63,283 bases of DNA, filler included, from Octopus bimaculoides (GCF_001194135.2; 5 parts of 5 records of this genome joined end to end with filler, not necessarily neighbours in it); one strand, 5' to 3'. Positions 1-12,049 are shown, counted from the first letter of the whole stretch. The notes: generated by a model not told the origin, from the sequence alone. Program-made: numbers and translations.

Positions 1-63
1 TATATATATATATATATATGTTTGTGTATCTGTGTTTGTCCCCCTCATCATCGTTTGACAACC

Positions 64-690
64 CGAGAAACCCGAAGACTGCGCCAACAAAGCACTTTCC
101 TGCTTGGACTTCAATATCAATGTATATTCTCCACTTACTCCCACCAACCACGCGGTAAGCCATGACGTCTTATATCTTCAAGTAATTCATTACTTCTTAT
201 TCTCATGTGACTGCATAGGCTCAGTTTATGTTCCTTATTCTGCAGCCACGCCAGCAATCCAATGTCAACCCTTCGCCTTCTGCAACGTTTCATATGTTCA
301 CTTCCCTGTTGCCGTCTCCCAATGCAGCCCCCTTCTGGGGTGTACCAATTTACATACAATATTTCCATTACACTTACATTCATTCGACTGTCAACCATAA
401 GATTGGTCGTGTTTGACGCAGCGCCGACTGTCGCAAAGACACTAAATCCACTGACAGCTTTTCAGTGCGTTCGAAGATCACAAACACCCCACCCCCAATT
501 TTCCATGACAGGTTAGGGAATCCTTCAAACGGACGCATGACATGTCGCTCAGATGAATTAGCCTATCATTTACTCCATAAATGTTTTCTTGTCAATGTTG
601 CACTTTCCATATCACATGTTTCAACATAACTGTGATCTATATACAAACTATGTTATTTTAATCCCGGGCAATGCCGGGAATCTCTGCTAA
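64..690 (+). mobile_element. Probable 3' portion of a Helitron-like element ending in a GC-rich hairpin + CTRR
   Basis: CCCGG-GCAATG-CCGGG hairpin at 663-678, an 8-nt spacer, then CTAA at 687-690. This is the canonical Helitron 3' end geometry. The upstream boundary is a guess, placed where a SINE fragment breaks off at ~63. Confidence 0.45.
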
Positions 691-813
691 TGCATATATA
701 GCACGGAATTTTGTCAATGAACAGGTCGCGGTGTCAGAGCAACAACAATATTTTGGAAATAAAATTTAAATGTGGAAATTAATCTAACGGTTTTTATGTG
801 TTTCTTAAATGGC

Positions 814-867
814 TTATTTAACCTTCCACGCTGTAATTTTTTATTTAACCTTCCACGCTGTAATTTT
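814..867. repeat. Perfect 27-bp tandem duplication
   Basis: TTATTTAACCTTCCACGCTGTAATTTT occurs twice, at 814-840 and 841-867, next to (TA)n and a gap. Confidence 0.9.
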
Positions 868-1286
868 ATATATATATATATANNNNNNNNNNNNNNNNNN
901 NNNNNNNNNNNNNNNNNNNNNNNNNNNNNNNNNNNNNNNNNNNNNNNNNNNNNNNNNNNNNNNNNNNNNNNNNNNNNNNNNNNNNNNNNNNNNNNNNNNN
1001 NNNNNNNNNNNNNNNNNNNNNNNNNNNNNNNNNNNNNNNNNNNNNNNNNNNNNNNNNNNNNNNNNNNNNNNNNNNNNNNNNNNNNNNNNNNNNNNNTATA
1101 TATGTATACATACATATATCTATGTATGTGTGTGTGAATGTGTATGTATGTGCATGTGTGTATGTGTGTATGCGTGTGTGTATGCATACATGTATATTTC
1201 TCCCATTTCTCTCAATCCCCTCCAATTCTTCCGCACATCGTTTCATTTTATGCGATACCTCCAAACTTATTTTAAAATCTCTGCAT

Positions 1287-1287
<1 letters not shown>

Positions 1288-1335
<48 letters not shown>

Positions 1336-1610
1336 TATCATTATTATTCAGGTCACTGCTCGGAATCGAACTCGGAATCTTGGGGTTAGTAGCCCGAGCT
1401 CTTAACCACTACGCCATATGCCCGTGGACATATGGCGTAGTTGTTCTCATACCTTAGGAATGAGAACCCACGTTCGAAATTCCCAAAAGACACCTGATGA
1501 AGGCTGGAGGGTATATCAGCCGAAATGGTGTGTTAACAAATAAAATGAGGACAAATATCCGTCAAATGTAAATAATGTACATAATTCTTCATCTCTTAAA
1601 TATAGAACTG
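1288..1610. mobile_element. tRNA-head/(AAT)n/hammerhead element, copy A (inverted, head-to-head form)
   Basis: (ATT)n at 1288-1348; tRNA-like head on the minus strand at 1349-1423 with A box TGGCGTAGTGG and B box GAGTTCGATTCC; inverted-repeat centre at 1409-1440; right arm with an HHR motif at 1489-1534; 30-bp tail at 1581-1610. Shares sequence with copies B, C and D. Confidence 0.85.
1489..1534 (+). ncRNA. Minimal type I hammerhead ribozyme motif, degenerate (copy A)
   Basis: GACAC CTGATGA A GGCTG-gagggtatat-CAGCC GAAA TGGT GTGTT. Stems I and II and the core are intact, but the stem III/cleavage segment reads TGGT instead of CGTT. Confidence 0.6.
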
Positions 1611-2181
1611 CATTTCTTTCGGTGTTCTGAGTTCAAATCCCTCCGAGTCATCTTTGTCCGCTCCATAAAGCACTGGTCTAACCCTCAATCAAAGAGCATA
1701 TTACAAGACATGTTAACCAAAAGAGACACTGGGGAAAAAGAAAATCGTTATAGTGTATTCTGGCTGTATGCACTCATTAATTTAAATTTTCACATGAAAG
1801 TAACTTAACAGCAATACGAAATATATTTACAGATACATAATAGAATATTGGCGTTTATGCATGTATAATGGAATATTGATTATGTAGACCTACCATCAAA
1901 GAGTTACCTGTCGTGATCAATTAGTTATTAGTTTTGTCTTATAATGTAAGTTAGATATACATTATCGAATGTGATAATAGATTATTGATTTCAAATATAA
2001 GAACGGGATAAAAAATTTGTATTGGAAAATAAAGTGTTATTATAAAACAACGTTTAGATTTAGTGAGCGTGGGCTTTCGGATGGTTTGATCGAAAGTAAG
2101 CGGCTGTGTAAAAACCTTTGCTAGTTTACTGTGAGCGTTGTGATGTACACGGCTAAAGATTTTATTGCGTAGCTGCGAAAT

Positions 2182-2398
2182 AATCTTTTCTACTATAATC
2201 AGAAGGCCTGAAATATTGAGGGAGAGGGTTAGTCTATTACATCGACCCCAGTACTCAACTGGCACTTATTTTATCGACACCAAAAGGTTGAAAAGCAAAG
2301 TCGACCACGGTACAAATTTGAAATCAGAACGTAAAGAGGGACGAAATGCCGCTGAGCATTTTACCCGGCGGGCTAACGATTCTGACAGCTCGCCAGCT
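2182..2398 (-). mobile_element. tRNA-derived SINE, family 1
   Basis: The reverse complement matches the head (GAGCTGGCAGAATCGTTAGC) and core (GTCGACTTTGCCTTTCA...GTCGATAAAATAAGT...GGGGTCGATGTAAT) of the + strand copies at 6369 and 31494. Confidence 0.8.
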
Positions 2399-3705
2399 GC
2401 GAAATAATATATGTGAGAAAATATGGGATGGCAAGGAATCGCAGAAAACAACCGTTTTGATGAAAAGCACATGGCGTAAGAATTCGTGTAATGTTTGGAG
2501 AGTGGGACGGATGTGGAAAAAATATGGTTTTGTAAAGAATAGCTCGAATGAGTCAAGAAGGTCTGTGGTCGGGTCGAAGGGAGAGATATTTATGGTAGCT
2601 GCATATCAGGAATCATGTTAGAGACAGAACCGAACCATGAGCCATAGCAACATTGACACAGAGAAGATCAGTGAATAGTCTGTCAATACTTACACGATAA
2701 TGTTATATAACAGAGAATCAGCAATCGAAGGAGAAATAGACAAATGAGTGTCCATAGGAGACTAGTTCTGCCAATAGAAAATCTTCGCTGCAACAACTTC
2801 CCTTTCTCTAAATTTCACCTGGATAAGAATCTACAGAATTGCATAAAAGAATAGGTCATGCGAAGAACTGATTTTACAAAAGACGTAGTGATGTTTGTTT
2901 AGGATGGAAAATGATTCAAGATGCTTGACAAGTTTGCTGATACTGGCTGTCTTCATCTCATTCGAGATATTAAGCGTGAGAGCACTAGAATGATAGTTGA
3001 TAGAGTTCAGATAAGCTGCAATTCTTTGACAATGGAACACAAAGTAGCGTGTTGTTATAGGTTGCAATACATATTCTTGTATAACACCAGAGAGATGAAG
3101 AAAGAGAGAGAAAAGAAGGAAGAAAGGCAGAGTGTGCGCGCTTATGAAGAAGGGAGAGTATTGCATGAATGTAATGGAGGGATCATTGTGAACTGCGGTT
3201 GATTTTTTCAGTTGATACTTTAGAAGTTAGCGTCTTTGTGTGCAAAGTGAGTATGCATGTGTATATTTATATAAAATCNNNNNNNNNNNNNNNNNNNNNN
3301 NNNNNNNNNNNNNNNNNNNNNNNNNNNNNNNNNNNNNNNNNNNNNNNNNNNNNNNNNNNNNNNNNNNNNNNNNNNNNNNNNNNNNNNNNNNNNNNNNNNN
3401 NNNNNNNNNNNNNNNNNNNNNNNNNNNNNNNNNNNNNNNNNNNNNNNNNNNNNNNNNNNNNNNNNNNNNNNNNNNNNNNNNNNNNNNNNNNNNNNNNNNN
3501 NNNNNNNNNNNNNNNNNNNNNNNNNNNNNNNNNNNNNNNNNNNNNNNNNNATATATATATAAGGGTGGCTTATTAACGATTTACAGCCGAAACGCAGAAC
3601 TATGCATATCTCTAAAGTGACTAAGTGTACTACAAAGCACGTATGGAGCTTGCCTCCCATGTCAGTCATAAGATAAGTGCTATACATAATATATAGCTCC
3701 AGTCA

Positions 3706-4014
3706 TTGGACTAGGATCATCCTTAAGCATTAGCTTGTAGAGTTTTGGTCGAATGAATTGATCTCGGTTTAAAGTCGATACTTATTCCAGCGGTGTCTTA
3801 GGGCTGAAATGCTAAGTTACGGGGACGCAAACAAGACAACATCAGATGAAAAGCCGTAGGGTGAACGAGCAAAACCACAGACATACATACGTCAGTCTTT
3901 AGTTATTCTCAGGCTATAATAGAAAGCACTTGCACAAGGTATCTACGCAGTGGAACTGAACCCGGTACCGTGTGGTTGAGAAGCAAACTTCTAACCACTC
4001 AGCCACACCTGCAC
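3706..4014 (-). mobile_element. tRNA-derived SINE, family 2 (diverged)
   Basis: The reverse complement starts GTGCAGGTGTGGCTGAGTGGTTAGAAG...GGGTTCAGTTCCACTGCG, similar to the copies at 17239 and 42980. Confidence 0.7.
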
Positions 4015-4037
4015 TTATCTACCTATCTATCTATTTT

Positions 4038-4142
<105 letters not shown>

Positions 4143-4253
4143 NNNNNNNNNNNNNNNNNNNNNNNNNNNNNNNNNNTGTGTATGTGTGTGTGTGCGTGTG
4201 TGTTTATATATATATATATATATATATAAATGGGTAGATACAGATAGGCAGGC

Positions 4254-4298
<45 letters not shown>

Positions 4299-4562
4299 CA
4301 TCCATGCAAATGTTCGGAGTAAGGGCTTTTTAATCATATGCAAATTTAATTATTATTTACATTTGGTAACGCATAATCTAGAGACAGATACTGAAATTTA
4401 AATATTTAGTATAATCAAATATTCGGTTTACTTGTATTAAGAAAGATGTATCAAAGTCACGGATTTTATTGTTTTGTTGTAGCCAGCATGGGAATATTAC
4501 TGTAAATGATAACATTCTCTACGTTATTTCAAAATTGTTAATTGCTTAATTCCATCTAAGTT

Positions 4563-4766
4563 TGGTTTCAAATTTGGTCACATGGCCAGCAATTTTGTGG
4601 GAGGTGATTAGCTGATCCCATCAGCCCCAGTGTTCAATCGCTAATTATTTTATCGACCCCGAAATGATGAAAGGCAAAAATCAACCTTGGAAGAATTTGA
4701 ACTCAGGAGGAAGTGACGGACGAAATGCTGCTACGCAGTTTGTCCCGCGTGTTAACGATTCTGCCC
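4563..4766 (-). mobile_element. tRNA-derived SINE, family 1 (diverged)
   Basis: Contains TTTTATCGACCCCGAAATGATGAAAGGCAAA and GAATTTGAACTCAG, the reverse complement of the family 1 core and B box. Confidence 0.75.
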
Positions 4767-5614
4767 CCTGGTCCCCTTAAATCGAGATAATGTTCACTGC
4801 TTATTTCCTCATTGNNNNNNNNNNNNNNNNNNNNNNNNNNNNNNNNNNNNNNNNNNNNNNNNNNNNNNNNNNNNNNNNNNNNNNNNNNNNNNNNNNNNNN
4901 NNNNNNNNNNNNNNNNNNNNNNNNNNNNNNNNNNNNNNNNNNNNNNNNNNNNNNNNNNNNNNNNNNNNNNNNNNNNNNNNNNNNNNNNNNNNNNNNNNNN
5001 NNNNNNNNNNNNNNNNNNNNNNNNNNNNNNNNNNNNNNNNNNNNNNNNNNNNNNNNNNNNNNNNNNNNNNNNNNNNNNNNNNNNNNNNNNNNNNNNNNNN
5101 NNNNNNNNNNNNNNNNNNNNNNNNNNNNNNNNNNNNNNNNNNNNNNNNNNNNNNNNNNNNNNNNNNNNNNNNNNNNNNNNNNNNNNNNNNNNNNNNNNNN
5201 NNNNNNNNNNNNNNNNNNNNNNNNNNNNNNNNNNNNNNNNNNNNNNNNNNNNNNNNNNNNNNNNNNNNNNNNNNNNNNNNNNNNNNNNNNNNNNNNNNNN
5301 NNNNNNNNNNNNNNNNNNNNNNNNNNNNNNNNNNNNNNNNNNNNNNNNNNNNNNNNNNNNNNNNNNNNNNNNNNNNNNNNNNNNNNNNNNNNNNNNNNNN
5401 NNNNNNNNNNNNNNNNNNNNNNNNNNNNNNNNNNNNNNNNNNNNNNNNNNNNNNNNNNNNNNNNNNNNNNNNNNNNNNNNNNNNNNNNNNNNNNNNNNNN
5501 NNNNNNNNNNNNNNNNNNNNNNNNNNNNNNNNNNNNNNNNNNNNNNNNNNNNNNNNNNNNNNNNNNNNNNNNNNNNNNNNNNNNNNNNNNNNNNNNNNNN
5601 NNNNNNNNNNNNNN

Positions 5615-5651
<37 letters not shown>

Positions 5652-6368
5652 TTGTACATACATTTATAATACGCGCGTGTGTGTATGTATAATCATCCAA
5701 TCATTAATTGAATGAATACTCATACATAGTATACTCTACCTTGAAGTAGGAGGGAAGTATGTATTTCAATTGTACACGGAAAACGTTTACTGTGATTTCA
5801 TCTTTCGGTTTAGGCTCCTTTGTCAGACTAATGCCATTGTCAACATTTTCTTGGAAACGGAATGTAGTGTCACGTCCCGCGTGATGCACGACATGCATTG
5901 AGCACTTGTATAATTTTCAAGATCTGACCTTCTTTATGTCTGTTTGTCTTTGTTTGTCCCCTCTATGTAATGCCTTCATGGCAAAATTTATGAAATAATG
6001 GAATAAAGATCTGACCACGCCCCGATTCTACAAGAAAGCGAAAAAGAAAGAGAGAGCGGGGTGATGGAGAGAGAGAGAGAGAGAGATAAGGAGCGAGAGA
6101 GAGATAAGGAGAGAGAGAGATAAAAAGAGAGAGATATAAAGAGAGATAGAGAGAAAGAGAGAGATAGGAGTGATAGACAAACAAACAAAGCGAAAGAGAA
6201 TGGCAATACTCGTCCTAGTAATGAAATGGCATGATATTTACGGATGGCTAAACGATAAAAAGAAGAGTTGAATTTTTGAAATCATAGCGCCAAGAGCCGA
6301 AGAGAAGAGGTTGAAGCAACACAGTGTAACGACTCCTCAAATTTAACATTCGTATACATTCAAAATAA

Positions 6369-6577
6369 GGGGGCGAGATGGCAGAATCGTTAGCACGCCG
6401 GACAAAAATATTCGACATCATTTCGTCCGTCTTTACATTCTGAGTTCAAATTCCGCCCAGGTCGATTTCGCCTTTCATCCTGTCTGGGTCAATAAAATAA
6501 ATACCAGGTTAATACTGGAGTCGATTTAATCGACTTGCCCCGTCACCCGAATCTGCTGACCGTGTTTCAAAATTTCA
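6369..6577 (+). mobile_element. tRNA-derived SINE, family 1
   Basis: GGCGAGATGGCAGAATCGTTAGC head, GAGTTCAAATTCC B box and GCCTTTCATCC core. Confidence 0.8.
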
Positions 6578-6648
6578 AAGCACTATATATTCATACACAC
6601 ATATATAAAACACACACACACGCCCAGAAACTCAAACACGTGCGCGCG

Positions 6649-6697
<49 letters not shown>

Positions 6698-7088
6698 ACA
6701 AAGGTAGATAGAAACGAGAAGATATAGCGAGAGAAAGAGATTATGTACAATGCGTGTATTATATTATATCATGCACATAATGTGATATAAATATACACAA
6801 AGATATAAAATAAATGAATTTATCTAAATCACGGCCATTACTTTCCACGTATATTAAAATCCGCCATTGAAATATCTCACTGATCTGCTGATATAACTAA
6901 TAGCAAAATAGGGAAATTATCACTTAATTGTCCAATACGATTTAATTTTATTCATTTTATTTTGTTTTACTTATGTATAGTGTTAGCGTTAATTTGAGAG
7001 TCATGTAGTCTCGGGTTAATTTGGATTATATATTCATTTCTCTATGCAAATATTGATATATCTACACAGACAAATACACCATGTTTGC

Positions 7089-7127
<39 letters not shown>

Positions 7128-7292
7128 GTGTTTGTGTGTGTTTCTTTCAGCGTGTGCGTGTATGTTACTACGATTCCTAACAGTTATCTATGTTTACGAA
7201 ACTTCCAGCAAAGTGGGAGTAACTCAACATGTTTATATTTACACTAAATTTCTCTAATACATTCCCAGTGTTATTCTTTTACTCGATCGATA

Positions 7293-7322
7293 ATAGCAAT
7301 GCACCCCGGCGTTGCCCGGGTA
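7293..7322 (-). mobile_element. Helitron-type 3' terminus
   Basis: The reverse complement reads CCCGG-GCAACG-CCGGG + 8 nt + CTAT. The hairpin and spacing match 663-690. Confidence 0.5.
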
Positions 7323-7596
7323 TTATGACCTACAATCACATTGTATTATTTGTTCCTTTTTTTATGGGCAGAATCGGCACATGAGGAGTTTGAAGCAAAG
7401 AACTCTTCTTTATAAACATGGTTTTGGTCATTTCCTGATGAACAATGCTGCAGTTTCGGTCTATCAAATTTAGTCACATCAAATTTAGACTATTGCAGAA
7501 AACATTGTCCAAGGTATCATGTAGAGGGGCTAAACATGGAATGATGTGGTTGGGAAGCAAACTTCTCAATCATGCAGTCATTTTTGTACCTAATAC

Positions 7597-7646
<50 letters not shown>

Positions 7647-7901
7647 ATGTGTGAGTGTGTGTGGAAGTGTGTGTGGAAGTGTGTGTGGAAGTGTGTGTGA
7701 AATTGTGTGTGTGTGTTTACATTTATTGTTAAATCGATTATTGTGTATCACTATGTCTCAAAGTTAGCAGTTCATCAAGTAGAGGTTTATAAAACAGATG
7801 CCTGATTGAAATATGTACTGAGGTCAGTGTAATCAATTAAATTTTTGAAGGCGATAACCAATCATGGTGACATTCGAATGACTAAACCCAGTAAAATGAT
7901 A

Positions 7902-7995
7902 CAGTTCTATATTTAAGAGATGAGGAATTATAGCGTAGTGGTTAAGAGCACGGGTTACTAACCCCAAGATTCCGAGTTCGATTCCAGGCAGTGAT

Positions 7996-8030
<35 letters not shown>

Positions 8031-8199
8031 CAACAACATCGAAAAATACCATAGAAATGGGAACCCAGGTTCGAAATTTCCCCAAGACACCTGATGAAGG
8101 CTTGAGGGTATATCAGCCGAAAAGTTGTGTTAAGAATAAACAAGATGAGGACAAATATCCGTCCAATGTAAATAATGTAAAATGCTGTAAATAATGTAC
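7902..8199 (+). mobile_element. tRNA-head/(AAT)n/hammerhead element, copy B
   Basis: Inverted 30-bp tail at 7902-7931; tRNA head at 7932-7998 (AGCGTAGTGGTT A box, GAGTTCGATTCC B box); (AAT)n(AAC)n at 7999-8038; HHR at 8086-8131; AATGTAAAT-type repeats at the end. Confidence 0.88.
8086..8131 (+). ncRNA. Minimal type I hammerhead ribozyme motif (copy B, two substitutions)
   Basis: GACAC CTGATGA A GGCTT-gagggtatat-CAGCC GAAA AGTT GTGTT. There is a C>A change in stem III and one change in stem II relative to copy C. Confidence 0.65.
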
Positions 8200-8460
8200 A
8201 GTAAAATTATGTTTAAAGACTTAATGGCTCCAAATTTAAGGTAATGGATTACTTATCATACGATAATGAGTTGAAAACTTCGTGTTGAACTTACACTCCA
8301 TACAATAACACTATATGTACATCTTAGTCTACTTGACTTCCAGCAATTAACAATTGTAATGTGAATTTGAATGGTTAGCAGTAAGTAAGATGTCCAGATT
8401 TCTTTAAAACTTATTGTGCAAAATATTCTGAGAAAAAGTATTTTTTCAACACAAAACACA

Positions 8461-8522
<62 letters not shown>

Positions 8523-8668
8523 TTTCTGTCGTAACTAAAGTTACTACAAATAGCAGCTAAATCTCTCTTAAAACACACCTTTTCATCAAAAGAAAGACGT
8601 AGATTTACAGTATTTCATGAAGAAAAAAACTATGCAATGGGTTTGCTAAATCAGAGGCAGCTCTGGAC

Positions 8669-8812
8669 TAAACAAAACACAGACAAACAAACTACACATT
8701 AAAATAAACAAAACACAGACAAACATACTACACATTAAAATAAACAAAGCAGAGACCAACATACTACACATTAAAAAAATCAAAACACAGACAAACATAA
8801 TACACATTAAAA
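8669..8812. repeat. 36-bp tandem repeat, 4 copies
   Basis: Unit TAAACAAAACACAGACAAACATACTACACATTAAAA, head-to-tail with few substitutions. Confidence 0.9.
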
Positions 8813-9328
8813 TAAATGTATCGACTCCAGAATTTTTTATGATTTTTCAACCAGCGTGTGAAGTTAAACCTAGAAGGTCTCTCTACATGCTAGGAATAAC
8901 AGCCAAATTTTATATATTATTTTATAACACCCTCGCTGTAGTTTTGGGTTATTTTTCATTTTTTTTTTTCTAAAAATCTTTTGATTTCTTTCAATCATGG
9001 CCAAATAACAACCAAATCTTACAAATTTCATGTAAACAAAAACGGAAATTGTGGTTGTGAAGAAAAAAATAATATTTTCCAGAATTCCAATTTTTAAGTA
9101 AATCAAAATATATATCAATCGAAAAACGGTGTCAAAATATCTGTATCTCGTGTGTTTCAATTAATATCCTCGTTAGTAGAATAATTTTAATCTTTGAGAA
9201 TGAAAATAAATCAACCTTAACATTAATAATAGAATAACACAAGACTCTTTACTATTCAATGTACATATTGTCTGAATTCTAACAAAAGGGAAACAAAGAC
9301 AATAAGAAATACGTTTTAATGGCTAGAC

Positions 9329-9420
9329 CAGTGGTTTTCAACCAGAGTTCATGTGGCCCCTGAGTGCCCAAACAAGATTTTGGGGGTCCACACAACAAAT
9401 AGTAAATTGAGGATCCACGA
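9329..9420 (+). mobile_element. hAT/Charlie-type MITE left end
   Basis: Starts CAGTGGTTTTCAACC, a hAT-like TIR, with GGGGTCCA internal motifs. The left flank is GGCTAGAC. Confidence 0.5.
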
Positions 9421-9424
9421 TAAT

Positions 9425-9472
9425 AGTGGAGATACCTTCTAGTGGAGATACCTTCTAGTGGAGATACCTTCT
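9425..9472. repeat. 16-bp tandem repeat, 3 perfect copies
   Basis: AGTGGAGATACCTTCT x3. Confidence 0.95.
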
Positions 9473-9643
9473 AGGCTTAACTTCATGCGCTGGTTGAACA
9501 CCTTGTAAAAAATTCTGGGTCGTTACATTCGATTAAAAATTCATCTGGTGCCCCAGCACGGCCTCAGTCTAATGACTGAAAGAAGTAAAAGATGAAAAAG
9601 CGAAAAAATAATCGTAAAATGGTGGGCTTTTGTCCACTTTCAC

Positions 9644-10005
9644 ACTTACGACGTCGAGGGTTCCAGTTGATCCGATCAACGGAACAGCCTGCTCGTGAAA
9701 TTAAAGTGCAAGTGGCTGAATACTCCACAGATACGTGTACCCTTAACGTAGTTCTCGGGGATATTCAGTGTGACATAGTGTGACAAGGCTGACCCTTTGA
9801 ATTACAGGCACAACAGAAACAGGAGTGAGAGAAGGTCGTGGTGAAAGAGTACAGCAGGGTTCGCCACCATCCCTTGCCGGAGCCTCGTGGAGCTTTTTAG
9901 TTGTTTTCGCTCAATAAACACACACAACGCCCGGTCTGGGAATCGAAACCGCGATCCTATGACCGCGAGTCCGCAGCCCTAACCACTGCGCCATTGCGCC
10001 TCTAC
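9644..10005 (-). mobile_element. tRNA-derived SINE, family 3
   Basis: The reverse-complement head is GTAGAGGCGCAATGGCGCAGTGGTTAGGG...GGTTTCGATTCCC. It is highly similar over ~360 bp to 51861-52247. Confidence 0.9.
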
Positions 10006-10213
10006 CGATATACTTATAAATATATGTATATACACACACACAACGAGCGTGTGAACGACAGAGGCACGCATTGGCACATACACACAGACATATACATATA
10101 CAGAATTGGATATGATATGCGAAGCCCTTACATGTGTCTCTGTGTGTGAGTATTTCTGGTGTAATAGTATAATACACACGTTCTATGTTATTATTATATA
10201 GATAGATAAATAG

Positions 10214-10262
<49 letters not shown>

Positions 10263-10263
10263 C

Positions 10264-10321
<58 letters not shown>

Positions 10322-10920
10322 ACAGACAGACATTCAGAAATGTTCGTTTCTGGAGTCATACAAATGTAAATATGTGCCTTTACCCAGTATCTCAGGTAAT
10401 TTAATAAAGTAATTTAATAGTTACAATAGATCCATCGTCAGTACACACTACTATCGCTAATGTAACTCAGTAACAGTCTTTACATTCGATCTCTCTTCAC
10501 TTAAGGCATTGAAGCACAATTTAATTATACAACAATAGCGAAACAAAGAGTTTTCTACACAAAGACCCGCCTCCGACATTTCCAATAGAACATCTTACGT
10601 TTTCTTTAGTGATGCATTATGATTACAAGTAGGCTTTTGTCCCGTTTCAAGATTAGAACCCACTTTCAAAGAGAGATTTAAGAATATTTGCCTTTTTATT
10701 TTACTGAAAGACTTTATGTTTATAGCTTCAAACTTCGGTGTGTTACTTATTCTCCTATTTTAACTGTTTTTTTCTTTTAATATCATTTGATAGTAGTTAT
10801 TTTTTTTGGGTTATTAAAGTATATAGCTAGCTTTGCCAGCAGTAAGACATAACGTTATCTACACTATCTGTTTTAAAGGCATATTCGAATAGGATTAAAT
10901 CACAATTGCACTTGATTATC

Positions 10921-10967
<47 letters not shown>

Positions 10968-11834
10968 TACATGTGTAAATAAATATATACATACAAACAC
11001 CTAAATAAACATATATATACATATTTATATATATATATACATAATACATACACATATACATGTGTGTGTCTGCATGTTTATATGTGAATACACACACACA
11101 TGGACATGAGTTAGGGCTTTTGAATCTGCCGTGTCTATCACTTATGAATGAGATAAAGTTAAGAGGAGCCACAGAATTGTTTAAAGAACGAAAAGTTTAC
11201 GAGACTATAAGAAAAAAAAACGAATTTAAAATTCTATACAGACGTGGAATTGTGATAGATTCAATAAGATAGACGAGCGTAATAAAAGAACTTTTTGCAA
11301 GTCTGATTGACCGGAAGCTAATGGTGAACACGTCATCATAAAATAGGTTTACCGGCTAGTGGTTACTCAATGTACTGGTGTTTTTTATCGAGAAACAGAA
11401 ATATGTAGTTAAATGTAGTTTTGAGAGGAAATCAATGACGTTCTATAGAAAGATTTCGCTTTGTATTGGGAAGATAATTTTAATATCCAAGGAAAAATCA
11501 GGCGTCAAAAGGCTTGTTCATTCCGTTCAAGCTACGCTGCTGTTAAAGATTTCTCACCGGTTTCTAACGTGAATATAACTTCCTTGACGCATTAATCGTC
11601 ATACGTTTAATGGCTTTAGAAATATGAGTAGAATATCATAAAAGTTTATATACCAAAGGTTCAAGATGTCCCATTTCATTCCCAATGTTCTACTGGGAAT
11701 ATGCCTGTAATATGTATGCCTTGCAGGTAAAATATTTACCGCTGATCTCATTCTAAATCATACGCTGAAGCAAGTTTCTTGAAACATATTATTTCCCCCG
11801 AATTTGAAACCTTCTGAGAGTTGAAGTGCTACGC

Positions 11835-12049
11835 CACCGGGGTCCATATAAGATTTTGTTGAAATAAACTGGTTATATTTCTACAATACACAAAATACGT
11901 AAACATTTTTGTATGCAATTCCCAATAGTATTTAATCAATAGTATTTAATATAGGAGGTTTTAGTCATGGAAGGGCTATCAGGACCCTCCCCTCCATGAG
12001 TAAAATAGGAATTAAAGGGATCCATAGGCAAAATGTTTCAGAACCACTG
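11835..12049 (+). mobile_element. hAT/Charlie-type MITE right part
   Basis: Contains GGGGTCCATATAAGATTTTG and ends ...TTCAGAACCACTG, the complement of the TIR at 9329. Confidence 0.5.

Noticed and set aside
135-398. ORF with a faint resemblance to the Helitron Rep motif (..LLAWLQNK..)
   Set aside because: No HUH motif is present, the orientation is opposite to the Helitron end at 690, and the similarity is too weak.
1349-1423. tRNA gene
   Set aside because: A and B boxes are present, but the acceptor and T stems do not pair properly and it runs into (AAT)n. It is a SINE-type head, as are the other tRNA-like sequences.
5704-5898. 64-aa minus-strand ORF ending at a possible AAG|GTAGAG donor
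   Set aside because: There is no credible acceptor and no recognisable homology.
8669-8812. 36-bp repeats of CRISPR-like length
   Set aside because: The units are head-to-tail with no unique spacers and no cas genes, in a eukaryotic context.
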